A DNA stretch of 64,000 nucleotides, taken from Sarea resinae (taxonomy: Eukaryota). The notes under the pieces are model-generated. The model made no database searches, was not told the DNA's origin, and saw nothing but the letters and a program-made list of their open reading frames with translations. Both the position numbers and the translations under genes were made by a program. Each line of letters begins with the position of its first letter. Position 1 is the stretch's first letter. Where the stretch lies: NCBI GenBank assembly GCA_026026165.1, contig JAPEUD010000023.1, positions 62,001 to 126,000 on the forward strand, written 5' to 3'. Shown here piece after piece: positions 12,426 through 25,365 of this stretch.

Positions 12426-12707
12426 AGATTTAGCAGTCTCAAAAAATACATAGAATGCTGATTCTTACTTCACACGCTTGATATCTCACTTTTGTTGATC
12501 GAAGAAGCGACCTACGTATCAATGTCATGCAATGACCTCGTATATATGGTATGAAACGCCAACTCATTCGAGACCACCACCCACCTATGTACTTGAAGGT
12601 ATAATCCGAAACTCCTGCTGTAGTGTAAACGACCTCCTGTTGTCCTTGGACCATCTTCTCTGTATTGCATCCCCTGACCTCCCCAAGGGGCGCACTTGAA
12701 GATTGTC

Positions 12708-14860
12708 CTAAATAATCAACGCATCGCCAACAACGCCTTTCCCACTACGAATGAACATCGGCTCCTGCAGTCCGCAATACCAAGGAAAAGACGAAGACGA
12801 ATCTCTCATCTCCACATCTAGCGCGAATCCGTTCAGATCCCCCTTCTCAAACCCACCTAGGCTTGACCCTGACTCCTGGCAGCTAGCATCCGAATCAAAG
12901 TAGCCCTTGCCGTTTCCCTTCCCGTCCCCTCTAGCGAGCCCCAGAAACTTAATCGTCTCATCAAAGCTCACGAGCACAATGGGTCGGGGACCTTTCTTCC
13001 CAGAGGACGATGATCCTGGCATATACATCAGCGACCTCTCGTCCGCGACAGCATCAATGTCACTCGCTCCATAGCCGCCGCCCTCGGGGTTTCCAGCATT
13101 CAAAATACCCCAGATCGGCGCATCCGGCTTCGTGTCATCAGGTGGCCACATCTGTGGACCCCAGTAGTCATAGTGCTCATCGTAGCCATCCAGATCGATG
13201 TCCAGATCGGGATCGGGCTCGACTTGTTCGCCGCCCTCGCCAAAACCCACGGATCCGTGCACCTCGGGCCGTTTTCGTATCAGGCGTCCCTCGTCTAGCG
13301 GGCACCCGAGGCGGCGGGAGCCGATGCGCATGCGGAGACGGGAGTGGTTTCGGGAGCGAAACGTGGGCGCCATGGTGGGCGGTGGAGGGTCGTCTACTAT
13401 GTCGAGGAAGGCGGAACAGGAGGGGTTGTATGTGCGAAATCTCGTCTTTGCAAGGATGAAGGAGGGGCAGTTGGGACTGTTGCTTGCAAATTCGGGCTGG
13501 ACGTTGCGTTCGAGACGGCTTTGGGGGATGCTGTGGGGCGGGTAACCTGTTGCAGAGAAGGTGATGACAGGGACCTGTCCTATTGCGGGATACGGAGGCC
13601 GGACGGGGGTTCTGCAGAAGAGCGTCGGGGCCTTTGAGGAGGCGAAGTGTAGAACTTGCCTGTAGAAGGACCGCTGGCTCGTGCTGCCTCCACCCTGCCA
13701 TTCGCGCCGCGCCTCTAAGATCAGCAAGTCGCCTGTCATCTCGTCGGTATTGAGGCAGAGATCGGTCCAGGAATCGTTGATCGGCCCTTCGACGTGGAAA
13801 CGGCGCCAGAGACTCTTGTTTCTCTGAATGCATACCAAGGATGGATTCTCGAGTGGGAAGCGCAGACAATGGTAAAAAGATGCCCAATCATCGTCATCGC
13901 TGATTTCGTGGGGACCCTGGGTTGAAACTCCGTAAAGATAACCATCATAGATTTCAAAAGCGGCGGTGCGGCCAATGTCAGATCCGAGGAAGCCGCGTAG
14001 CCAGATCGAACCCAGATGCTTCGATGTGCTTTCCTTGGAATTTTCTGGATGCAATGAAAAGCCTCGGATCAACCACTCACGATGGCCGTGGATGCCGACT
14101 TCAGAGAGAGTACCAAAGTACAAATAAGAGCTATTGTGACGGGCAAAAAGCTTCGAGCTAATATCTAGTTTTTCTGCCAGGAGTACCTTTCCGCAATGAG
14201 GACTATCAGGGTCGACGTACAAGGCCAGAAGCCAAGTCTCTTTGGGCGCTCTTACTTCGTACGAACAGACGAGCACATTTTCGCTGTAGCCGATAGGTGT
14301 TGTGATGTCGGATTGCCGAACCCTCGAATTTCCTGTAATATGGCTGACGAGGGCTGCACTTTCAATGACTTGCTCATAGCAGCCAGGCTTGTGGATATTG
14401 AGAATACGGATAGTCTGATCGACCATGTAGCATAAGACGCCGTTCTGGTAGATAAACGATGATCCAAATGCTATGATAGCTGCCAGACGCGGCTGTCCCG
14501 TCGCAAAAGCGCGGCGTCTATCAAACGTCCGAAGAATGGCTTCTTGATATGTGATGACTCCGCGCCGAGCCTCCCCGCATTCCTTGGAGTAGCGCGTATG
14601 GACCTGCCCGTCGAACGGTCAGTGAACGTACAATGGACTATTGCCCGGCTCTTGAGTCCATCCCGTAGAGCAAGGCAGCATCAATTTACCTCTGCGGTCC
14701 TTCGACAGACAGACTCTTCAAGTAGCAGCGACCCTATCAGCCTGTTCGTCTTGCTGAGACAGACGAAGTCTTCGAGGTTCAGGTAGGACGCAATTTGGTA
14801 GAGGAGATCAAAGGGCAGACGGTCGAGATTGGACGGCAGATCTATCATCTGGCTCTCCAT
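12708..14860 (-). CDS. F-box domain protein; exons 14860-14690 and 14603-12708
   Basis: Exon 1 encodes an F-box motif LDRLPFDLLYQIASYLNLEDFVCLSKTN; intron GTAAAT..CTGAC..CAG joins it in frame to the 572-aa ORF (..LWRRFHVEGPINDSWTDL..). Confidence 0.85.
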
Positions 14861-17192
14861 TGTGATAGTGGAAGAGAGCCGAAGAAAACAGATAAGGTGT
14901 TATTGACTTGGCTCCTACCTTTGTATGGACGCACACAGATATTAAAGAAGTTTTCAGCAAGGAAGATTGTAGAAAAGATAAACGAAGCATGGCATTGAAA
15001 CTCGGACAAAGACTTGTAGCAAACCATCTGTTTGAGGGGGTCACAACAAACCAATCTCCTTCCAGGTCCTGGAAAGGAGGGAATCCATACTCTTCAGGCC
15101 CAAGTCAAAGATTCCGGAAGAAGGTCATCTTCTACTTGACGGTATCAATTCCAGATCCCAACAAGACCTAGCTCGCCCGTGCATAGACGGGTGCCGGATC
15201 CAGAGCCGCACACCTGCTCGATTCCGTAAGGTCTTGAGGTAAGGGAGTGGAGGAGTTCCTTGTGCCCATCTTGATTGAGTCTAGGTAGGTAGGTAGGTAG
15301 GCCATCCAGGTCCTGGTTCCATACTGTCCCGCGAAAGGTACCAGAACTGGGCTAACAACGTTAGCCAGCGCTGGGCTATTAATATTAGCCAAAGTTAGCA
15401 TATGGGCCGCACGCCAGGCGTCTCGTCTCTTGGCTGTTCTGCCATTGAAACGGATGCCTCCATACGTGAGAAGGGAGGAGGCCGACGTGGGGCTCTGCAG
15501 TCGCGCCCTCCCGTGCGAATCGATGCGGCTCTGCAGCATGGGATGCGGTTCCAGAGGGAAGCGAGACCATTGTAATACGTACGCAGTAGTTCCATCCAGA
15601 GTACGAGGGGAAACCAAACGAGGCCGCCCCCACCACCGATCGTCATTGATTGGGCCTCCCATGTGCACATGTGCACCTTTCCGGGGCTTCCCATCTATCT
15701 ATCATCGGGGCAAGGCTGACTGTACGTTCCATGAGATTCATACGCCTTCTTTATCCCGTGAATGTGCTGTAGATTCGCCTTGAGGTGGATGGTGATGCCG
15801 TGTATCCTCGCTCACCCTGTCATGATCGTGTACCTGAGGCGCGCGGTCCGAGAGAGGCATATCTCGGCCCCACCTTGACCGACATCATGAGGCTCAAGTT
15901 TCCTTAAACTGCCCGGCCATACGTGGTCCGTTCCCTGCTTAGCAGTCTGCTTAGCAGTAAGGCCCCCATTATTTACTCGACATACTGCACAGTACTCTGG
16001 AGTAGTACTTCTACTACCTTGGCCGTCCAACTTTCAGCCTTACCACTCTGTCGAAGCCTTAGAGAACAGCCTCAGCGTGCCAACTCACCGCTCTTTTGCC
16101 ATACAATTCAGCCAACGATAAGGAGGCTTCATCGCCTTCCCGTGAGGTCCGTCTCCGTTGAAGCTCGTATCACGCACCGGATGGCCATGCGCTTTCACTT
16201 GCAGCAGGTGCCCCGACACACATCCAGATGTGCACGTCCCACCGCACCGCACAGACTGCCAACCCTCTCTCCACGTATTGACCCCGCAGTAGTCTCCGAG
16301 CGATCCAGCAGCTTCAGGGTCAATATCAATCTCGCTGGAACCTGAGGTAGAGCTTGCCTGACTATGAGACGTGAGAAATGCCATTGTAGCAAAGGTTCAA
16401 GACAGGTGGACGGCTCAAGTTGACTCCACATCCCGAAATCCGATCGCGTGCTTGTATGAGTTGATCTGTCATATTTTCAGCATTCTCAATCTAGTGCAGC
16501 CCTGCTGTGATGGCATGGTGCGGTCCAATGCTACAGTAGCTGCCGTCACTGTCGAAAGCAATGTTGCCTTAACGCAGTGATAATACGAAAGTATGTTTAT
16601 TCGTGAGCTAATAATGAGCTTTAATGATAGAGGCAAACACGATGGCAGACGACCTCCTGTCTCTTTCCGTCGGGGATGCATACGGCTGAGGCAGTATCGC
16701 ACACAAAGGAACAAGCAGTACAACTCAAGCTAGGAAGACTCGAGGCTTTGCCCTTGAAGTTCAGCTTGTAAACAAGGTATCTAATACCGAAAGTGGCCAG
16801 CCCAGAGTCGCTATCATGTCCCGGTTCATTCGTATTTCAATCTAAAGACATATTGTAGCAACCACTACTTTCTGCTAGCAGGTGACGTGTATCAATAACT
16901 TGAAAAAGGCCCAACAAGTCCATAAGAACGAAGAATGATATAAAGAGACTAGAATTCAGCCTCCCATTTAGCAAAACCAAGGAACTTGACATGCCCTAGT
17001 GACCCGATTGTTTCCCATATTGATTTGATAACAATAAGAAAGTAGAAGGATATCTGGACGCCTGTTGCACCGGTGTAACGCAATGATCCGGAAAAACATT
17101 TAAGCCATATAGAGGGAATAGAAGACCAGTGCACTCCGACGTCCAGAAGAGCGGCGGCGGAATCATTGTAGCTTCCTTCCAAACTGTAAATC

Positions 17193-17774
17193 CTATAAAC
17201 CAATACCCTCAAGGTCTCTCATGAGCACCGCCATCTCTGCCCGTTTGGCTGCTTCGGCAACTAGATTGAGATCTCGGAGAAAGTATGACGCCTTTGTCGG
17301 ATCTTCCAGGCATCCTCGCTGGACCGAATTACTGCCATAAGCGACCGGTGCTTGCGTCTGGGATACAGAAGCCTGCGCTTGTAGATGCTGATGCGCACTT
17401 AGTTGTGACGGGCGGGTACGGGGGGAGGACACAGGCACATGCGGCTGCTGTGATGGTGCTAGGCCGGTCCTTGATTGCGTCGAGGCAGAATATTGATGGC
17501 TCGGCTGCGCCATTGAAGGAGAAGATGATGGTAGAGGAAGGGTAGAGTAAGCGGAAGAGGCTTGCGATAGGTAGGGAGGTGACGAGAAAAGATCACTGCT
17601 TGACGTCGCCGATGAGTATGCTGCTGTGCTCCCTTGACTTTGATAGGATGAGTTGGACGATGATGGTCCTGACGGCCGTGCACCTGAATAAGCTTGCGAT
17701 CGCGGAGGAAGTGGGATGGTGGTTGGCGAGCGCAGCACTTGTGCTTGATCACTATATTCGGGAGAGGTGTCCAT
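17193..17774 (-). CDS. Conserved fungal hypothetical protein (Ser/Pro/Gln-rich, conserved-looking C-terminal helix), 193 aa
   Basis: First ATG of the ORF at 17774 (MDTSPEYS); C-terminus YFLRDLNLVAEAAKRAEMAVLMRDLEGIGL resembles a motif I recall from small Pezizomycotina proteins. Confidence 0.7.
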   Translation of the reverse strand: MDTSPEYSDQAQVLRSPTTIPLPPRSQAYSGARPSGPSSSNSSYQSQGSTAAYSSATSSSDLFSSPPYLSQASSAYSTLPLPSSSPSMAQPSHQYSASTQSRTGLAPSQQPHVPVSSPRTRPSQLSAHQHLQAQASVSQTQAPVAYGSNSVQRGCLEDPTKASYFLRDLNLVAEAAKRAEMAVLMRDLEGIGL

Positions 17775-20700
17775 CGATTGTTGTATGCTGGAATCTGACT
17801 CTTGTACAGCCCTGCGGATATCCGGCTGGCGGGTTCGATCGAACGTGTGTGCGACGCAAAGATGCAAAGAACTGAATCAGGTATATAGTGCGCAAGGAAA
17901 CGGTGGTATGCAGAAACGGCTGATAGGCAGTGCTCCAGTAGACCAGGTAAGGCGTGTCTTATACGCGGTAGAGAGGATGGATGGCTGGCAGGTAGGTAAG
18001 AAGGGCAAGGCAGTCTAGAATGAAGTGGTTTTCGTTGATCGACGGCCGTGATTGTATTGACGTAGAGGTGCACTCTACTACTAGAGTAGATGGAGCTTCC
18101 GCAGGCGGAGTGATTTTGGTATTATTGCCGTCGATCTCGCGGAGAGTTGCGGGGTACGTCTGATTGGCGGGTTACCCCACAACTCCTGCCTGTTTGCTTG
18201 TCGGTTCGGGTATCCTAAGTAGGTGCGATCGGATCATTAAAGAAAGAGCCAGAGATGACGGAAGCGTACACGGTGAGGAAGGAGGTGAATTCGAGGTCTC
18301 TCGAAAGGTCAAGATCATGAAGGATGGAGTCCAGCATGAGAGTGCGGCTATCGACAAGAGATAAAGTGCCCTCTCTCTGAAGCCCAGAATCAATCGATTG
18401 CCTAACAAGAACGGCCGCCATCACGGGTGAAGTCGTACGTTCGTCTCGGGGAATTATTTTCTTTTTTCCTTTTGCCTGATTCCAGAGTACCACATACCAG
18501 CCGCGGGGGTAGATGCAAGTAGCCTGCCGCCTGATTTGAGACGACAAGGACCTTGGAAGACCCGTTCCCTTCTCCCTCGGCATCTCCTTCCGAATGTCCG
18601 CCCCCGGCAAGTCGAGTCGCTACTGACCTCGGCTGCATTATTGCATCGGGACCAATCCATTGCTCTTTGCTGCGATCATCTTCCGATTCGATCGGATTTA
18701 TGTCGGACACCCTTTCCCCCTTACGTAAGCCGATGACTTTCTCTGCCCACAACTTATAATAGCACGCGACGGAATGCTATGTCTGAATGTCGTTGCTTGA
18801 CTCTCTGCCGTCGACGTTTTGTGGTGGAAGATGGTGGGTTCTTGCTTGTTCAGTTGGCCGATGTGTCTGAAGTCCGGTATCCACTGGGCCTCCCCCAGCG
18901 ACAACAGCAGCGACCACAACCAGGGCGCCATTGCAACCGGCGCTTTGTGCCCGCACAACCTTCAGCCTACCCTTGATCCAAACTATTCAAGATGAGAGGA
19001 GAAGCTCCAAGAGCGTTTCGGGCAATGGCTTAGACAGCAATCGTCGGATGACTCTAGAAGATGATCTGGCTCTTCGCGAGCACGAAATTAGTAGAGTCAA
19101 ATGTACGACTAAAATCCTCTTGTCAAAGGACATCAGGACGAAGGTATGCGGCTTCCTTCGTCGGCGCTCATGTCACCCCTCTGGAAGTCTCGGAGGAAGG
19201 CAACATCGGCGGCTGTTCGAGGATGGCAAATTCGGTTTGATGCCAAAGTATTCTGACTGGGAAAGCTCGTCCTCGACCGCCAAGGACGAGCCTCGTAGTG
19301 TTGCCCATGTGGAATAGAGAGGGAGTGGAAGATCTGCCTCTATATTGCGGGGCATAGGCCGCCGAGAAGTAGCGTCTGTTGATTGCCCTCAAAAGTTTTT
19401 CTTAATAATTAGCAAACCTTTACTCGTACCTTGTTTCATGGGTCAACTCGGGGACAGGCTCTAGTCGGATGGCCTCTTTATACAGTCGTGGGCCACAGAC
19501 CGGCGAGTTATAGTTGTGTATTATTTCTTGATTCTCCTCATGTCACTTCTTTGCCAGCAGCTTTTCTGAAACGTTATTGAAACGTTGTGCTCGTGTAGAC
19601 AATTTGTCGTCAAGTACGAGGTCTGACTGACTGACTGTGATCATCAGCGGCATCCTTGGTTAAGACTGAGGTGGGGACTTTGACGCTGGTTGATAACGCA
19701 TTACTGTTGATACTTTGTCAGGCGGGTCACGGGAATTCTAAATTTCTTTTGTCGATTGGATTGTGGAATGTCAACTCTAAATGGCCCAGTCTTGGTGTCG
19801 ATGCTGAAAGGGAATATATCAAGTATGGGCCAGGGGCATAGCACACCCTTCATTCGCTCTTTGTACGTGTAGGGGTTTTAGGGAATCGGGCCGGCCTCCC
19901 CTGCCGCCGTCCTGCAGGCTTTAATTCCATCAAATCCCGAGTTCATTGAGTACATTTCCATTGTCATGAAATTCAGACCCCAGGCTCAGATTCTTGTCAG
20001 TTAATTGGTTTTGGCTAGCTATGTGTTGTTTATGCAAAATGTATCTAATGATACCACTAAAGCGCTCGTCAGACTACCTTTTGGGGATGAGTGTCCGAGT
20101 AATAGTAGAATATCTGGCACGGAAGTATGCAGTAGTTGCTAGGTAGCAAGGAAGATGGTGGCTCTACTCTTTACGAAGGATACGAATAGATGCTACAGAA
20201 GAACAAAGAGGCAGGTAGTACCTAGTAGGGTGCGATCTGATGACCATTTCGTAGGCTGACTAAGGCTGGATTGTACAGAAACGCAGGGCAGTTGCTGGAG
20301 AAGACGAGGCTTATCTTCACGTGACTTCCTGATTGCGGTTCACCTAAACTTAGTCGTTCCTGGCGCCGTTCCACAAGCGAGTCATGATCGACCAGGTGCA
20401 TGGGTTGGCGCATGGGCAATGGACGAACCATCCGCTTCCGAAGTTGTGATGGAAGCTGGAGGTAGAGGGTATGTCCTTAGTACTTTCTGTACATGGCGCG
20501 TGCGTCGTGTGCGTGTGCAGAACATGTGCGGGAAGGTGCGTGTGCAGCTGGCATTGGTGGCGGATGGATGGCAAAAGCAGTCAGTGACTTTGCTTCGTAC
20601 GCTCCGTGCAGTAGTAGGAGCTGTAGGATTATGTAGCCCAGCCGACAATACCTAGACAGGCCTTCGGCCTTAAGAATTGGTCGAGATGAGGCGTTGAGGC

Positions 20701-22179
20701 TTGGCCGAGATCAGGTTGGGAAGACTTTACGCATAAGTCATGAATCCAAGCCTACCTTACTCTACTCGTAGAGTACGGAGTACTTCAGTCCATGGAGTGT
20801 ACTTGGCCGAGCAGATGTATCTACAGGAGGTATGAGGCATCCAATGACCGGGCTTGACGCCGCTCAGGGACAGGCAATGATACCATCTATGGATCGTCTT
20901 CTTACCTACTTCATAGCAGCACCTTAGTTGGCCAAAGCTCGCCCTCACCTGCCGGCCACGGGATGCCGCCGGCCAGTTTCTTCCAGGGCCGAGGGGCGCA
21001 GATGGCGCGGACCATCATGCTGGGGTTATGGCCATTAAAGTTGCCGAGGAAGGTAACGAGAGCCATCGACGTCAAAGGGATCAAAGCCGCTGCAATCCAT
21101 ATCTGCTGCATACTCGGAGTAGTACTCCAAGAGTCGATTGCGAGAGTATCTGGAGGTACCGTCGGCTATCCGCCCGCTCGTGCCTCGAGCTTACTGCGCA
21201 GTACTCTACTTCTAGTCTCTGTCTCAGAGTATCACATCTCACTTCAATCATGACCTATGCGAGGATGGCTGACGGCTGATTCACGCAGATGATGCATTGC
21301 TGATGGCATTATCAGGATCACCTAGCACTCGTCCGTTCGTCTCACCGTTAGGTTATAGATGTACGACGGTCCGATGTATCCATCCGACCGTCCGACTGCC
21401 TACCTTACCTACCTGCTCGAGATGGATCTTCATTCAATCAGTCAAGAGTACCTTACGTACTTCGTACTGCGCAGTATGAGCTTCGTGAGGATATGGGCAA
21501 AGGTAGGTAAGGTAGTGAGTTATTCGGCAGATCATGAAAGCCCCATTAGGTGTGTGTTCGGGGGCTTGAGACTACTCCGTACCTGCTAAGGTACCTTCTC
21601 TGAGGTACCTGCTCTACTGCTACGACTTCGTCATCCCGACTACTGCAGTACTCCGGAGTACATGTACTGAGTAAGGTACTGAGTACAAGCAACGCCCACC
21701 TGAAGGTGCTGCCACCGCAAGTAGGTAATAATCTAGACTTAGTGTAGTAGAGAGGTATGGATCGTAGATGACTGACCTTTCTGGTCTCGCCACATAATCT
21801 CTAGACAGATCTTCTTGCTTCCTCCTGTTGTCTTCTCTCTCTTTCTTATTTCTTTTTTCTTCCTTCTTCATTCTGTCTGATGTTCGTTGAACATACACTC
21901 AATAGCAATAATACATATATTCTTTAAGCCCCTTCGCCCTTCACGCTTGTGTCCATCGATTACCTATCCTCTGACAGCATCTCGCCTCCAATTCCGTCAA
22001 CGACGTAGCACGCTTAAAGCCGCCTTCTAGCTGCATCCTCAAACTCCGCTAGCTCCACCTTATCTATAGCCGCCAGCCTACTTGCTTCACCCATATCTGT
22101 CCTGCCAGCTCGACTTTGACTCGACTCATACCTACAACTCCCTCGCAGCATCACCAGAATCAAACATCACTTCTCCAAT

Positions 22180-22834
22180 ATGCGTTCATCAAGATCCATG
22201 TCCACCAGCTCGAACTGCTCGTCATCTTCGGAGACGGAGGAGACGATGCAGATATTCGTCAAGAATATAGCCGGTGAAAGTAAGCTTTGAACTCTCTCCC
22301 AATCCTGCACTCAGACACTAACGTATGCCCCTTCTCGCCAGCAACCGCTCTCACCATTCCCTCCACAACCTCGATATCAACCCTCAAATCTCTCCTTTCC
22401 CTTCGTACCCATCTCCCCGCCACTGAGCTCCGCCTCGTTTTCGCCGGCAAGCATCTCACCTCTCCGGACGCCACACTCGCCGATTACGCCATCGGCCGAG
22501 AAAGCACGCTGCATCTAGCCCTGCCGTTGAAAGGTGGTGCCCCACCGAAGAAGCGCTGCTCCTTCAAGGACTGCAGAGATCGCGTGCCCCCCATCGTCGG
22601 CCACTGCGACTTTTGCTCGAACGACTACTGCACAAAGCATCGCATGCTAGAGGATCACAGGTGTGAGGGCCTTGAAGACGTAAGTGCTACTTATGTTCAT
22701 GCCCGGATAGATCGCGGCTGAAAGCAAGGGGCTGGGCTAACCCATGATTTATCTTACAGTGTAGGAAGGAGTCCCGAGACCGCAACACCGACAAGCTGAA
22801 TTCGGAACGTACTATGGCCATCAAGGGCGTCTAA
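22180..22834 (+). CDS. Ubiquitin-like domain + AN1-type zinc finger protein; exons 22180-22279, 22342-22679, 22760-22834 (alternative in-frame start 22246)
   Basis: MQIFVKNIAGET..LRLVFAGKHL..TLADYAIGRESTLHLALPLKGG (ubiquitin-like), then CSFKDC..CDFCSNDYCTKHRMLEDHRC (AN1 finger). Confidence 0.9.
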
Positions 22835-23496
22835 TCCTTGGGTACGAGTTATCTACCTGGGACCGTCCGCAGCAGCCGCGTCAATCATTCAGGAAACTTT
22901 TTCTTCGTTGGTCTTCTACATAATGCGCATCTCCAAATCGATTTAGCCGGTATCGCGTTCGTCTTCTGCGCCTCTGCGGGAGTCAAGCAGTAGAGTAGTC
23001 GTCTTCAGTTCGGTTCTTCTACTGGGTTTTCATTGTTGGTTCCTGCCGAGCGGTTATGCTAGCCTTGGTGCTGGTTCTTTTGTTCGTGCCGATCTTGTCA
23101 TTCTCACTGGGCCGCCGTGGTCCATCTTTTGGCCAGTGTCGTTACTTCGGTCTGGCTGGGTCTAGCCATCGATTGGCTATATTAATGAATAAACATCACA
23201 TATGCCCCTCCACTATGACGAAGTAGTCGCTTTAATGTGATAGACTATTCTATTGTTCTCTGTGCGAAACACGGTTCTGAGTTCAAAGGGTGTCACCACT
23301 GACAGCTCCATCAGGTTCTTTTTACAAGTCCATGTTTGCTTAAGATTGCAAGTCAGATTACGTGAGAGTGTATGTGCATGTACAAGTACGCAAGTAGGTT
23401 GTGTGGTTGCTAATGTGAGACCAAGTCAGGTAGGTGGGTAAGGTAGGTAAGGTAGGTAAGGTAGGTATATATCCATCGTTAACATTTTTTTTCCTT

Positions 23497-23714
23497 CAAC
23501 AAGTGGGGTTGTGGCACAATCTCGGGGCGTTTGTTGGTTTACCATCAAAACTTCCTTATGGAAGTTGACGAATGTAGAGGTCCGAGAAAGAGGTCCTTCC
23601 CATGTACTTATGTGTAGAACGGGAGTTTCAGAGTTTCGTAGTCCCTCCTCCTCATGAAAACCCAACGGGGTTTTCGTAGGGTCCTCCACAAAAGAGGGGG
23701 GGCCTGAGCTTTTT
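23497..23714 (+). ncRNA. Putative RNA polymerase III-transcribed structured ncRNA, copy A (unknown family; start approximate)
   Basis: TATATAT 23466; A-box-like TGGCACAATCTCGG 23512-23525; hairpins with G-U pairs valid on + strand (AACTTCC-ttat-GGAAGTT; ATGAAAACCC-aacg-GGGTTTTCGT; GGGTCCTCC..GGGGGGCCT); CCTGAGC+T5 at 23703-23714; imperfect B box GTTCGATTTC at 23830; paralogous to the element at 31714-31910. Confidence 0.6.
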
Positions 23715-24048
23715 GCGAATCTTTTTGTTGTGCTTTTGCCGTTTGGGGAAGGAGCGCCCATCGACGACGGGTGGATACGAAAGGGTACTTGAGAGTATAA
23801 CCCACGAGGCGTGCCATGGAAGGATGCGAGTTCGATTTCTTGCTGAGGGCGACAAGGGATGTAGAGGTATTGCTTGATTATTCTTTTTTGTTGCTCATGC
23901 CATGCCATGTCATGCGCCCGCCAGAAAGATTCACTCTTCTTCCGCCTTCCAATTCTGCCACCGCCCCACCCGGAGCTGTACTAACATTCCAAAAGAGCCC
24001 GCTCTTCTCCGCTCAGCTTCTATTATACAATACCATGACACTGCTCAA

Positions 24049-25028
24049 TCAATCAAACCTTATCCGTTTCCCCTTGAGCACCGTCCCCCCTACAACCTTT
24101 CCAATGGCGTATCCGATATACGCCCCAGTCACGATAGTCACAGGCCATTTCTGCCATTCGCGATCCCTATTCCCGCCAAAGTCAGCACAGTTGCATTACT
24201 ACTGCACGGTAGTTCCGCGTCCTAGCCCGTCTATGGCCGACTCAACGGAACACTGCCAAACAATATGAGCTAGAATGACAACCTACCAATCAAGAGGTAT
24301 AGGCACGGCACCTGCCCAAGAGCCCACCAGCGCGCCCACGGCTCCGCCAAATACCTCGTCTAGGGGCAAGAGAGCTGACGCGACGGCGCGCCATGTTCCG
24401 CCGTCCACGCCGCGCGCGTAGATCAGGGGCAGAGTAGTGAGGAGGGACAGATGGGCGGAGAGCAGCAGCGTGTGCGGGATGTGCGTTGTTAGGGGCGAGC
24501 CAAAGAGAACCAGGATTGTGGCTAGGACCGGTGGCGATAAGAGCGTCGTTAGTGTTAATGAGAGGAGGGCTGACTGTGGCGGATAGATTATTAGCTATGG
24601 TGGTTTACCAGGCAGTATGGGAAGGGGTCAGATACGATTATGCGTGAGCCATAGACCGCGGCTGGGGATTTGTGGTGTCGACGTGCAGTCCCCTTGGCGC
24701 TGGAACTCTTCGAGGGCGAGGTTGCGCTCGTGGTATCTGTCGAGCCAGCCGCTGGAAGACAGATCACGGCATAGCTCAGCTGCAGAGCTGTGACGGGCAA
24801 GAGAGACTTCAGCAGCGCGGAGACTGGGTCTGCGACTAGCTGAGGGAAATTGTAGTAGAAGATGCTGAGGAGGACGAGAGGGTGAATTGCGGTGAAGGTC
24901 TGGGAGAGAGGAGTGGAGAGATGATCTATGTGCGGGATGGAGAGGGCCGGATCGGTGGTGGATTGGGGGGGTGTGGATGTTGCGGCCGCGGAGGGTTTGG
25001 ATTTCTTGGATAGGGAGCTGGATGCCAT
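24049..25028 (-). CDS. GPI11: GPI ethanolamine-phosphate transferase accessory subunit (PIG-F/Gpi11); 3 exons
   Basis: [25 protein letters not shown] and [27 protein letters not shown] signature across introns (first intron 24635-24574). Confidence 0.92.
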
Positions 25029-25365
25029 TGTCGGCGGCGTGGTACACAAGAGGCGGCTGGAGAAAGAAGAGGAGCGAAAGAGAGAGATGGGATTCGTCTT
25101 CCAGAGGCAGAAACGGCAGTTGTGATAGTACCCGTCGCTATGATATTTCCATGATTCTTTGGTCGCACGTCTGTCTGCGTTTGATATCGCGGACTTCGAC
25201 ATCACTTTCGCTACGTCGAGCACGCAGCACCAGTTGCGCCGTATCTACGGTGCGTCACCCGCGCCCAAAAATCCGGGGTTCGCGAATTCGCCGGAGCTTG
25301 AGCAGCAGCAATACTGGAGCTTCAATTTCAGTTCGAGCTCATCGCATCGAACAGAGCCATGGACA

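Noticed and set aside
15168..16723. Short ORFs upstream of the F-box gene
   Set aside because: No homology or codon bias evident; treated as intergenic.
23654..23714. Hammerhead ribozyme or box C/D snoRNA (GAAA..CTGA)
   Set aside because: The core reads CTGAGCT rather than CTGANGA, and no RTGATGA box C is shared by the two copies.
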